From positions 18,070 to 82,069 of the IMG/VR virus record IMGVR_UViG_3300027801_002586: DNA of 64,000 nucleotides; one strand, written 5' to 3'. Position 1 is the stretch's first letter; every line of letters starts with the position of its first letter. The stretch is from a virus. Positions 17,822-26,852 of this stretch are shown here, in pieces. A program made the position numbers and the translations under genes. Under the pieces are notes generated by a model. It saw nothing but the letters and a program-made list of their open reading frames with translations, had not been told where the DNA came from and did not search any database.

Positions 17822-18504
17822 TAATAATTAAAGCAAACTCACCAACAGATGCTTGGATACAATCACACGAGTATCTTTTAGCAAATGGTAACAAAGATGT
17901 GATGAATGAAAGTATTAATATGTCGGTAGAGATAGAAGATAACTTCGATGTCGATATAAAATTTGATGGAGTATTCAGAGAAATCTTTGGTGATGATAGA
18001 ATAGATTATGCAAGTTCAGTTACATTTGTTAAACCAACAGAACATCCGTTTATGGATGAGTTACAATACAAACAGAATGATATCAAAGTAAAGTGGAATA
18101 AAACTTATTGGGGTAGAATGATTAATTGGGATAATAGTTTTAATCAAATAGAACAAGTTATTAAAAGATTAAAAGAACATAAGAATAGTAAAACAATTGC
18201 AATGAGTATCTATGACCCAAAATCAGATGGTAGAAAAACTATGAGTGGAATGCCATGTTTATTATCGATAGATTTAAAACCACGAAAAGATGGATTGTAT
18301 TTAACAGCATTCTTTCGTAGTATGAGAATTAGTAAAAGTGGTTATGCTGATTGGATGGCGTTGTGTGAATTAGGTAAGTTCTTATGTGAACAAGCAAATT
18401 TAAAATTAAAACGAGTTACCACAATTGGCGGTTCGGTACATATTGGGGATATGAATAACGAAAAGAAAAATGTGAGGGAGTTGCTTAGTGTGTGGAATAG
18501 TTAG
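17818..18504 (+). CDS. divergent thymidylate synthase / dCMP hydroxymethylase-like protein
   Basis: YWGRM, NQIEQVI, catalytic MPC, FRS...D, SVHI. Confidence 0.8.
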   Translation: MIIIKANSPTDAWIQSHEYLLANGNKDVMNESINMSVEIEDNFDVDIKFDGVFREIFGDDRIDYASSVTFVKPTEHPFMDELQYKQNDIKVKWNKTYWGRMINWDNSFNQIEQVIKRLKEHKNSKTIAMSIYDPKSDGRKTMSGMPCLLSIDLKPRKDGLYLTAFFRSMRISKSGYADWMALCELGKFLCEQANLKLKRVTTIGGSVHIGDMNNEKKNVRELLSVWNS

Positions 18505-19993
18505 TACTATTGGTTATACAGAAGATGATGTAGAGGTGATGTTACAGGAGATTGAACATCGAGGTAGAGACAACAGAGAAATTTATCAGAGTGGTAATGT
18601 TATACTTGGACATAATCGTTTAAGTATTAATGATGTTAGTTCAGATGGGAATCAACCATTCGTATGGAATGATTATGCACTTGTAGTTAATGGTGAGATA
18701 TGGAACTATCCACAATTAAGAAAAGAATATGAAGAACGAGGTTATAGATTTTTTAGTAATAGTGATTCGGAAATAATTTTATATTTGTATAAGGAGAATG
18801 AGTTACCAAGATTAGATGGTATGTTTAGTTTTGCACTACACGATACAATGACTAATCAATTAATTCTATCGAGAGATTGGGTTGGTAAGATACCATTATA
18901 TATTTACAATAATGATACGAATATTATAGTAGCATCTGAAATGAAATCCATACTAAAAATATTACCACAAGCAGAATGTAAGTTTGTACCAAAAAATTCG
19001 GTGGTTACAATAGGAACTGAAACTGGAACAATACATATTGAGAAAGATTATTATTTTAGTTTTTCGAAATATGAAGTAAAAGAATTTGACCAAGATGAAG
19101 TGAATAAAAAAACATATGAGTTATTGGATAACGCTATTGAAAAAAGATTATTAAGTGATGTTAAGGTTGCAACTTGTTTGAGTGGTGGAATTGATTCAAG
19201 TGTGATTACTTATTTGTTAAGTAAGAAAGTACCTGATATAGTATCTTATACAGTCAAGTTCGATGAAGATTCAAGAGATTTAATGTTTGCAAGAATGGTT
19301 GCAAAACATATTGATGTACCATTGGTTGAGGTTGAGATACCAAGAGACCCAGAAGAAATAAAAAGAAAATTTTTAGAAACAATTAGGGTTATAGAATATC
19401 CATCAACAGTCCAAATGGAAGTTGGTATTTTACAAAGTTATGTTGCAGAACAAATGGCAAAGGATGGGGTTAAGGTTGCGTTTAGTGGTGAAGGTTCTGA
19501 TGAGGCGTATGGTTCATATGGTATGGTAAGAATGTTCAGTAAGAAACCTGACTGGAGTGATGTAAGAAAAAAGATGTTTGAAAAACAATACTATGGTAAT
19601 TTACTTCGTGGTAATAATATTTTTATGAACTATGGAACAATCGAATTAAGATGTCCATTCTTCGATTTGGATTTTTTAAATTACACCACAAACTTGAATC
19701 AGCCAGTATTGGATAATGGTGGTAACCAATGGAAGAAACCACTTGCTGAAGCATTTCGTGGCCACTTACCAGATGAAGTATGTGACCAAGAGAAAAGAGC
19801 ATTTCAAAAGGGAACAAACTTTAAAGACTATATAGAAGATTTAATTCTTAATGATAGAGATTTAAATTTTAGAAATAGAAAAAAACTATTTCATTGTATA
19901 GGAGATAACTTTGAAAAAATATTTGGTTTCAAACATAAAGGTATGAGAGATACTTTGAGTGGAACTGAAAGTGGATTTAATAAATGGGCATGA
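18488..19993 (+). CDS. asparagine synthetase B-like glutamine amidotransferase
   Basis: N-terminal MCGI, HRGRD, GHNRLSI, NGEIWN, LSGGIDSS, SGEGSDE. Confidence 0.92.
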   Translation: MCGIVSTIGYTEDDVEVMLQEIEHRGRDNREIYQSGNVILGHNRLSINDVSSDGNQPFVWNDYALVVNGEIWNYPQLRKEYEERGYRFFSNSDSEIILYLYKENELPRLDGMFSFALHDTMTNQLILSRDWVGKIPLYIYNNDTNIIVASEMKSILKILPQAECKFVPKNSVVTIGTETGTIHIEKDYYFSFSKYEVKEFDQDEVNKKTYELLDNAIEKRLLSDVKVATCLSGGIDSSVITYLLSKKVPDIVSYTVKFDEDSRDLMFARMVAKHIDVPLVEVEIPRDPEEIKRKFLETIRVIEYPSTVQMEVGILQSYVAEQMAKDGVKVAFSGEGSDEAYGSYGMVRMFSKKPDWSDVRKKMFEKQYYGNLLRGNNIFMNYGTIELRCPFFDLDFLNYTTNLNQPVLDNGGNQWKKPLAEAFRGHLPDEVCDQEKRAFQKGTNFKDYIEDLILNDRDLNFRNRKKLFHCIGDNFEKIFGFKHKGMRDTLSGTESGFNKWA

Positions 19994-20829
19994 TAGAAAC
20001 ACCAATAGAAACCTATAAACTAAGTGGTATTGATGTAGATGTTAAACGAGATGATTTAGTTGGTGATGGTATTAATTATCCACGATGGGCAAAGATAGAT
20101 GGTATCCGAAGAATATTAGAGAGTGCTGATATAGATAAAACAAAACCACTAACACATTTATCAGTATATGGAAGTTGGACAGGTTGGGTACTGAGTGGTT
20201 TATGTAAAGAATATGGAATAGAATTTATTTCTGCTTATCCAGATACCCAAAGGTTTCCACAAATATTATTAGAAAGAGTTGTGGGTAATGGGGGAACTCT
20301 ACATCCTATGAGACCCAACATGATGGCGTTTATGCAAAATAAATTAAACACCCAAGCAAAAGAAAATGGTTGGCAACAATTACCATACGCGTTTAATCAT
20401 CCAGCATATATTAATTACATGGGTGAGAGAATGAAACAAGTTTTAGAAGAAAATGAATATGATAATCTTATAGTTAGTATCGGAAGTGGTGTTACTGCAA
20501 GTGGATTAATAAAAGAGTTTTTAGAATACAATGATGATTGGTGGAAATTATCTGCCAAATCAAAAAAAGTTTATTCAATCACGATGAGTGCATTCTCATC
20601 AACAAAAAAGATTTTAAATGAGAATCACGCAGGTGATTTAAAAAACATACTACTCGAAAAATCACCATATGCATTTGATGATATGATGGATGACTATAAA
20701 GTACCATTTGATTGTAACGAATTTTGGGACAAGAAACAATGGTATTGGTTAGAGAATAATATACAGAACTTAAAAGGTAAAACCTTATTTTGGAATATCG
20801 GCGGTTCTTATTTAAATTCAATAAAATGA
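19990..20829 (+). CDS. PLP-dependent fold-type II enzyme (ACC deaminase/D-Cys desulfhydrase-like)
   Basis: ETP...VKRDDL..G..RWAK, SIGSGVTASG, FWNIGG; ATGA overlap at 19990. Confidence 0.8.
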   Translation: MIETPIETYKLSGIDVDVKRDDLVGDGINYPRWAKIDGIRRILESADIDKTKPLTHLSVYGSWTGWVLSGLCKEYGIEFISAYPDTQRFPQILLERVVGNGGTLHPMRPNMMAFMQNKLNTQAKENGWQQLPYAFNHPAYINYMGERMKQVLEENEYDNLIVSIGSGVTASGLIKEFLEYNDDWWKLSAKSKKVYSITMSAFSSTKKILNENHAGDLKNILLEKSPYAFDDMMDDYKVPFDCNEFWDKKQWYWLENNIQNLKGKTLFWNIGGSYLNSIK

Positions 20830-20868
20830 AAAAAACACTTGACTTGTATGGGCAAAAAGCCTTATATT
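20829..20868 (+). promoter_or_regulatory. early promoter, copy 7
   Basis: TTGACT(20839-20844)-TGTATGGGCAAAAAGCCT-TATATT(20863-20868). Confidence 0.8.
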
Positions 20869-20901
20869 AAGTCATACTAAAATTGGAGATATATAAATAA
20901 T

Positions 20902-21675
20902 ATGAAGAGTTTAACAGCAGAAAAAATACAAGAGAATTACAACTCACTGCGAAATATTATCACTATGAATTTCTCGGGTGAACGACTTGAGAAATTAAAT
21001 AAGATGTATGATTATTTCGAGGATAGGATGATGTTAGCACCAGCAAGTGCAAAGGAACATTATCACAATGCTATGGTGGGTGGATATGTAGAACACGTAT
21101 TACACATTGTAGATTTTTCACAATCAGTAAAAAAGTTGTGGGAAGAAAAGGGAGCAGAAATTGATTTTACAGATGAAGAATTAATCTTTGCTGCATTACA
21201 TCACGACTTAGGTAAAGTAGGTAATTTAGATTATGATTACTATATACCAAATGAATCAGATTGGCATAGGAAGAATCAAGGTAAGATTTATACACACAAC
21301 CCTGAATTACCTTATATGACAGTAACGGATAGAGCATTTTATTTACTTCAACATTTTCAAATACCTTTAACAGAAAACGAATATATGGGTTTAATGTTAA
21401 CAGATGGGATGTATGAAGATGCAAATAAAAAATACTTAATGACGTTCTTACCAGAGACTGGATTACGAAGTCATATATCACGAATATTACACCAAGCAGA
21501 TATGATGGCAACATTTATAGAATCTGATGAATGGAAGCGTGGAGATAAAAAAGAAACTAAACGAGTTGCTAAATCAGTTGGTAACATCAAAAATGCAGTT
21601 GCAACAGAAGTTGATACTAAACTCAAAGGTGAAAATGCTAAAGAGTTATTTAACGAGTTGTTTGGAGATAAATAA
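20902..21675 (+). CDS. HD-domain phosphohydrolase
   Basis: HYHNA..GGYVEH, HHDLGK, HQAD. Confidence 0.88.
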   Translation: MKSLTAEKIQENYNSLRNIITMNFSGERLEKLNKMYDYFEDRMMLAPASAKEHYHNAMVGGYVEHVLHIVDFSQSVKKLWEEKGAEIDFTDEELIFAALHHDLGKVGNLDYDYYIPNESDWHRKNQGKIYTHNPELPYMTVTDRAFYLLQHFQIPLTENEYMGLMLTDGMYEDANKKYLMTFLPETGLRSHISRILHQADMMATFIESDEWKRGDKKETKRVAKSVGNIKNAVATEVDTKLKGENAKELFNELFGDK

Positions 21676-21935
21676 TGGTAGTAGAAATATTGCTTGGGGT
21701 ATTTGTAATAGTTTGTATAGCCCTAAGTTGGACAACATATAATCAAATACAAAAAGTAGAAAGGTTAGAAGATTGGGTTGAGAACTTCTCGGCACAAATT
21801 ATTTTAACACAACGAACACTTGCAGAATTAGATTCTGAGGGTAAGTTTGAATCCGATGATGATATCGGAACAGTCTTTACAGCAATTAAAGATACGGTCA
21901 ATGATTTAAATAAATTAACAATAGAGGATATATAA
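21675..21935 (+). CDS. membrane-anchored hypothetical protein
   Basis: N-terminal TM; FESDDDIG. Confidence 0.65.
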   Translation: MVVEILLGVFVIVCIALSWTTYNQIQKVERLEDWVENFSAQIILTQRTLAELDSEGKFESDDDIGTVFTAIKDTVNDLNKLTIEDI

Positions 21936-22658
21936 ATGCCACCAAAAGCAAAAAAGACATCACCACGATATTACTTTCATCAAGGAACTGAAGATGCAAT
22001 CGTCAGATTGAATAAAGAAACTCGTGCTCATATGAAACAACGAATTTACAATGAACATATTCGCACACCATTTGAGAAACTTGCTGAGAATATAATTCAT
22101 ACATTTAAATTTTATTACTTTGATGTTCCATCGGATGATGTGAAACACGAAGTGGTATCATTCTTATATATGAACATCCACAAATTTGCTGAAGGTAAGG
22201 GAAAAGCTTTTTCATACTTTAGTATTGTTGCTAAGAATTATTTAATTTTACATAACAACAATAACTACAAGAAGATGAAACAACATGATTCTGAAGATGT
22301 AATGGATTATAAAAGAGACCCTGTCGGAGAACTTCGAGGTAAGGAATCTAAATCTATGGCAATGGAATATATAGAACAACTTGCGGATTATTGGAGAAAT
22401 AATTTAACAACAGTCTTTAAACGAAAGAAAGATTTGGATGTTGCTAATTCTGTAGTGGAGTTAATTGATATGAGACATAATATTGATAACTTTAATAAGA
22501 AAGCATTATACATTCTTATTCGTGAGATGACGGGTTCTAATACACAACACATTACTCGTGTAATTAATGTGATGAAGAAACATCATAATAATCTACACAA
22601 GGCTTATGTAGCTACTGGTTCAGTTGATACTAAACGAACTGGTAGTTGGTTTGAGTGA
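21936..22658 (+). CDS. phage sigma factor (T4 gp55-like late sigma)
   Basis: Region-2-like KFAEGKGKAFSYFSIVAKNYLI. Confidence 0.7.
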   Translation: MPPKAKKTSPRYYFHQGTEDAIVRLNKETRAHMKQRIYNEHIRTPFEKLAENIIHTFKFYYFDVPSDDVKHEVVSFLYMNIHKFAEGKGKAFSYFSIVAKNYLILHNNNNYKKMKQHDSEDVMDYKRDPVGELRGKESKSMAMEYIEQLADYWRNNLTTVFKRKKDLDVANSVVELIDMRHNIDNFNKKALYILIREMTGSNTQHITRVINVMKKHHNNLHKAYVATGSVDTKRTGSWFE

Positions 22659-23467
22659 AACTCTATAAACAAGATTGGGATTATCGGAAAATAAATACCG
22701 ATGAATATCCACAATTAAAAGCGATTACATCACAACCAAATTCTTTTTGGATAATAAGTAATCCTAAAAAACCACTCAAACGAGTTACAACAAGAATACG
22801 AAGATTATGTAGAAGAGCACATCCATACCAACCTATTATAGTTTTATATGCTATACCTGGTAGAGATGTAGGTGGACATTCAAAGGGTGGGTTATCTGAT
22901 AAACAATATATAAAATATATTGGAGATATTGCAAAAGGTATTGGTTCATATAAACCAATAGTAATATTCGAACCTGATGCTATTCCACATATGAGAAGGA
23001 TGAATTTCTTTCAACGAACAAGTCGAACAAGGTTAATCAGAAAATCTTTAAAACTCTTATCACAATGTAGTGCACAAATTTATCTTGATATAGGACATCC
23101 CAATTGGTTAAAGGTTGGAGATGCGTCTACTTATTTAAATCTTTTTAATGATAATAAGATAAAAGGCTTTTCAGTTAATGTAAGTAACTTTGTTACTACG
23201 GATAAATGTATTCGATGGGGTGATAAAGTTTCCGATAGAACCGATTTAAATTATATTATAGATACATCAAGGAATGGTACTGAAGTATGGGAAACCTTTA
23301 ATCCAGAAGAAATGAAACTTGGAGAAAAACCAACAATCAGAACTTCATCAAGAAGTTGTGATGCTTATCTTTGGATTAAAACACCAGGTGAAAGTGATGG
23401 TGCCGTAAATGGTTGGCCTAAAGCTGGTAGATTTGATGCTGAAAAAACCTTATCTCTTATAAACTAA
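22655..23467 (+). CDS. glycoside hydrolase family 6
   Basis: YAIPGRD..GHSKGG, EPDA, YLDIGHPNW, GFSVNVSNF, IDTSRNG, DAYLWIKTPGESDG. Confidence 0.9.
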   Translation: MKLYKQDWDYRKINTDEYPQLKAITSQPNSFWIISNPKKPLKRVTTRIRRLCRRAHPYQPIIVLYAIPGRDVGGHSKGGLSDKQYIKYIGDIAKGIGSYKPIVIFEPDAIPHMRRMNFFQRTSRTRLIRKSLKLLSQCSAQIYLDIGHPNWLKVGDASTYLNLFNDNKIKGFSVNVSNFVTTDKCIRWGDKVSDRTDLNYIIDTSRNGTEVWETFNPEEMKLGEKPTIRTSSRSCDAYLWIKTPGESDGAVNGWPKAGRFDAEKTLSLIN

Positions 23468-23495
23468 AAAGGGAGAGCCGGATAAGCTCCCCCTT
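23466..23495 (-). terminator. rho-independent terminator for the minus-strand gene (possibly bidirectional)
   Basis: AAGGGAGAGC/GCTCCCCCTT stem (a G:U pair on the minus strand) followed by a T-run on minus. Confidence 0.65.
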
Positions 23496-23516
23496 AGTTA
23501 TCTATCCGATATAGTA

Positions 23517-23738
23517 CTACTTACGGAATAAACCCACCAACACCAATAAAGCTACTAATCCAGCGAAACCTGATTCGCCAAAATTATTAATTATTGCTGT
23601 TAGGTTACCAATAACATTAACGCCGAAAATACCGCTTCCGAATATTACTTCAGAAACCGCACCAATGGCTACAAACGACATAAGTAGTTGAGCAATGTCA
23701 TCTACCCAGCCTTTTACGAGTGTTATGATTTCCTTCAT
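23517..23738 (-). CDS. small two-TM membrane protein
   Basis: GGGAG SD on minus strand; hydrophobic; own terminator. Confidence 0.75.
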   Translation of the reverse strand: MKEIITLVKGWVDDIAQLLMSFVAIGAVSEVIFGSGIFGVNVIGNLTAIINNFGESGFAGLVALLVLVGLFRK

Positions 23739-23894
23739 ATGGTTATATCTCCCGTTAGTTAATCAATTAGTCGGAAATTGTTACCGACATAATATAACTA
23801 TTGTATATATTAGGAAATATTTTTGGGTATATATTTATATACACCAATTTTTTAAGAATTTGATATTTATTATTGTAACAATATAGGTAGAATT

Positions 23895-24275
23895 ATGGCA
23901 ATAGACTTTGAAGTATTCGAGGGAAAAACTTTATCAGATGTATTTAAAGACATTTATGATAACTCAAACAAAAACAAAATTCAATTAGAAGTTCTAATGA
24001 AAGAGGTAGTTGGGTTCATCAAGGATGGTGATACCGCTGTGCAGATAATTCCTATGTTGAAAGAGTATTTAGAAATCAACGTAAAGAACGATGAACAACT
24101 TGTTAAGTTAGCAACCATTGTACAGAGAATGGCAACTGCTAATAGTAAAGGTGATGATGATGATAACTTTATGTTGAGTGATAGAGAAAAAGAACAATTA
24201 ATGAATAATATTAAAAGCACGGTCGAGGAACTTCAAGACCATTCGGATAACATAACTGCAAAATTAGATAATTAA
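23895..24275 (+). CDS. conserved phage hypothetical protein
   Basis: First gene of the late cluster, after TATTTAT motifs. Confidence 0.7.
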   Translation: MAIDFEVFEGKTLSDVFKDIYDNSNKNKIQLEVLMKEVVGFIKDGDTAVQIIPMLKEYLEINVKNDEQLVKLATIVQRMATANSKGDDDDNFMLSDREKEQLMNNIKSTVEELQDHSDNITAKLDN

Positions 24276-25402
24276 TGTCGTATAATATAAAACCAAATGT
24301 TGGGACTAAATCAGGTCCAATCATGGGTAATAGAGTACAAAATGTTGAATCTACTTTACGATTAATAAAAGAAATATCATCTGAAGATGGTAAGTTTTAT
24401 GAGTTAGAACCTTTAGAAATATTAGAGGTACATTTAGATGATACAAAAAACTCTTTCCCACAAGGGAGTGATGGGCCCGATTATACTTATCTCGGTGGGG
24501 TAAAGGGTAGGTTTGTAATTTCTGAAGTTGGATTAAACATTGATAAGTTAAATGATTATAAACCATTGAATCCACAGATTCAAACAACACCAATAATTGG
24601 TGAGATTGTAATTGGTGTAAAGTATCTTGGGCAATTATTTTATACAACCCAAATAAACTTTTTTGGTAATCCAAATTTTAATACACAACATGGATTGAGT
24701 AAAGGTAAATCAAAAGATACCTTAGTATCAGAAAAAATAGATACTGCAAATGAACAAGATGACACTTCAGTAAATCTCGGATACTATATGACAGCAGATG
24801 CTGATGCAAGAAAAATTTTACCAAGTGAGGGTGATGTTATTATTGAGGGTAGATTTGGAAACACTATCAGATTGGGTAGTGATATTAAAAATGAAAATCT
24901 GGAATCCCCAAATATTATTTTAAACGCCGGACAAACTAAAGAGGGTGATAAGAAAGTACCAATTAAAGAAGTAATCGATACAGATGGTTCGAGTGTATAT
25001 ATCACTACTAATCAACCATTAGAATTTACACCTGGTACTGCAAGTCAATTAACACCACCACCATATGAGGGTAAAAACATTTTACTAAGTTCGGATAGAA
25101 TTATTTTTAATACAAAGAATGGTGGAGATATTGGATTGTTTAGTAACAATAACATTTCCTTAACAGCAGCAAAAGAAGTTGTTATTGAATCTCCTGTAAC
25201 TAAGATTGGTAGTATTCAAGCAACAGAACCAATGGTATTGGGTGCAATACTTGAATCAAAATTAAATGATATCTTAACATTAATTGAAACTGGTTTGTTA
25301 GCACCAACAGGACCCGTAATTGTTGGACCTGGTGCACCAATATTAGCAAGTTTAAAATCCACCTTGGCTCAAATAAAAAGTCCAAATAATGTGGTAGAGT
25401 AA
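24275..25402 (+). CDS. baseplate hub/spike (gp5-like) protein
   Basis: PIIGEIV OB-fold-like part, EGDVIIEGRFGNTIRLGS, SDRIIFN beta-helix; upstream of gp25. Confidence 0.6.
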   Translation: MSYNIKPNVGTKSGPIMGNRVQNVESTLRLIKEISSEDGKFYELEPLEILEVHLDDTKNSFPQGSDGPDYTYLGGVKGRFVISEVGLNIDKLNDYKPLNPQIQTTPIIGEIVIGVKYLGQLFYTTQINFFGNPNFNTQHGLSKGKSKDTLVSEKIDTANEQDDTSVNLGYYMTADADARKILPSEGDVIIEGRFGNTIRLGSDIKNENLESPNIILNAGQTKEGDKKVPIKEVIDTDGSSVYITTNQPLEFTPGTASQLTPPPYEGKNILLSSDRIIFNTKNGGDIGLFSNNNISLTAAKEVVIESPVTKIGSIQATEPMVLGAILESKLNDILTLIETGLLAPTGPVIVGPGAPILASLKSTLAQIKSPNNVVE

Positions 25403-25436
25403 TGAAGAAGAATGGAATAGAATTTCAGAGGAAAAT

Positions 25437-25889
25437 ATGAGTTGGGATATATTTAGAGCTGAGTATAAACAAGGTATAGACGCAGGTGATGATATGGCTA
25501 AAGTAATTGCCGAATCATATGATAAATGTGTTAAGACTGGAATGACAATTGGTACGGCACCACCCGCTCCATTAGCTAGTGGTAATGTGGCAGGATTAGA
25601 AGTAATGTTGAAATTGTGTTTTTCATCTTATGGTGTAACACCATTTCCAATCCAACTTGATAATGGATTAAAATTATATTGGTTGGGTGGAGTTACGGCA
25701 TCGGGTTCGACTGTAATCGTACCAGGAATAACTGCAGGATATGTTCCAATGGGAGCAGCAAATGCAACAATAGAAGATTTTATAGAACAATTAATAATGA
25801 GTTTTAAAAACCACATGGGACAGGTAAGTGGATTATTTCCATCAGCACCAGCACCTTTACCATTTGCAGGTTACAATGTACCAGGATAA
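25437..25889 (+). CDS. putative structural protein
   Basis: Position in baseplate cluster; Gly/Pro-rich. Confidence 0.55.
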   Translation: MSWDIFRAEYKQGIDAGDDMAKVIAESYDKCVKTGMTIGTAPPAPLASGNVAGLEVMLKLCFSSYGVTPFPIQLDNGLKLYWLGGVTASGSTVIVPGITAGYVPMGAANATIEDFIEQLIMSFKNHMGQVSGLFPSAPAPLPFAGYNVPG

Positions 25890-25900
25890 AGGAGTTAGAA

Positions 25901-26398
25901 ATGACTAAAAAAGAATTAGTAAAAATAATACAAGAAGTTGTGCGTAGAGAAGTACAAAAAGAGGTCAAACAGATATTTATTACTGAGGGAATAAATAGTT
26001 TGAAAGCTAAACGTACTACTCTCAAATCAACCGCACCAATCGTGAAGAAGAAACCGATTCAAAAGAAAGTTGTAAAAAAACGAGACCCCGTTAACTATAC
26101 ATCAAACGAATCATTAAACAGCATTCTAAATGAGACTGTTGGGTTAGGTAAAGGGGATACTGATGAGTATCCAACAATGGGTGGTGGAGTATTTGATTCA
26201 ACACGAGCAACGGAACTATTAGGTTATGGGGAAGGTGGTCTTGGTGGAGATAAAGAAACTGCTAGAAAAGTTGGAGCAGTACAAACGATGAAACAAGCAG
26301 GAGTTTCTTCAGACCAATTACCTGAGAGTTTAGTTAACGCGTTGACAAAAGATTATAGTAAATTAATGAAACATGATAAGATGAAGAGTAACAAATAA
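25901..26398 (+). CDS. hypothetical phage protein
   Basis: AGGAG SD; LNSILNET, ALTKDYSKLMK. Confidence 0.65.
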   Translation: MTKKELVKIIQEVVRREVQKEVKQIFITEGINSLKAKRTTLKSTAPIVKKKPIQKKVVKKRDPVNYTSNESLNSILNETVGLGKGDTDEYPTMGGGVFDSTRATELLGYGEGGLGGDKETARKVGAVQTMKQAGVSSDQLPESLVNALTKDYSKLMKHDKMKSNK

Positions 26399-26850
26399 TG
26401 CCAGAAAATGTAAACTTAACCAATAACCCATCTGTCACACAGATTAATGAAGATGAAGATTCATTCTTCGGGTGTACATTTCCGTTAACATATAAGGGAG
26501 ATAATGTTGGATTTTTTCCAAGAGCTAAAACGGTCAAGGAACAAGCATTTTCTAATATTAAAAATTTATTGTTAACTCAAAAAGGTGAACGCGTAGGTCA
26601 ACCTAATTTTGGTAGTAACTTACCATCATTATTATTTGAACAAGTTGGTGAAGATTTAAGTGATAGGATTGAAGAAGCAATCCACGAAGCTTTAGAAGCA
26701 TGGTTACCTTATATAAAAGCACAAAATGTTTTTGTGGTACAAGATAAACAAAACCCAAACCAAGTAGTGGTTACTTTAGAATTTGTCGTAACTGTCGATG
26801 ACCCTGATTCCCCAGAAACGATAACATTCAATTTTAACTCAGGAGGATAA
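26398..26850 (+). CDS. baseplate wedge protein (T4 gp25/GPW-like)
   Basis: NIKNLLLTQKGERVGQPNFGSNL..LLFE, WLPYI. Confidence 0.9.
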   Translation: MPENVNLTNNPSVTQINEDEDSFFGCTFPLTYKGDNVGFFPRAKTVKEQAFSNIKNLLLTQKGERVGQPNFGSNLPSLLFEQVGEDLSDRIEEAIHEALEAWLPYIKAQNVFVVQDKQNPNQVVVTLEFVVTVDDPDSPETITFNFNSGG

Positions 26851-26852
26851 CA

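Noticed and set aside
18488-19993. AsnB as a simple asparagine-biosynthesis auxiliary metabolic gene
   Set aside because: Translational coupling to TS-like, PLP and MTase genes argues for a tailoring role, though it is not excluded
835-20868. Repeated ~38-bp motif as a CRISPR array
   Set aside because: Copies are dispersed in front of genes, not regularly spaced, and match -35/-10 promoter architecture; no cas genes
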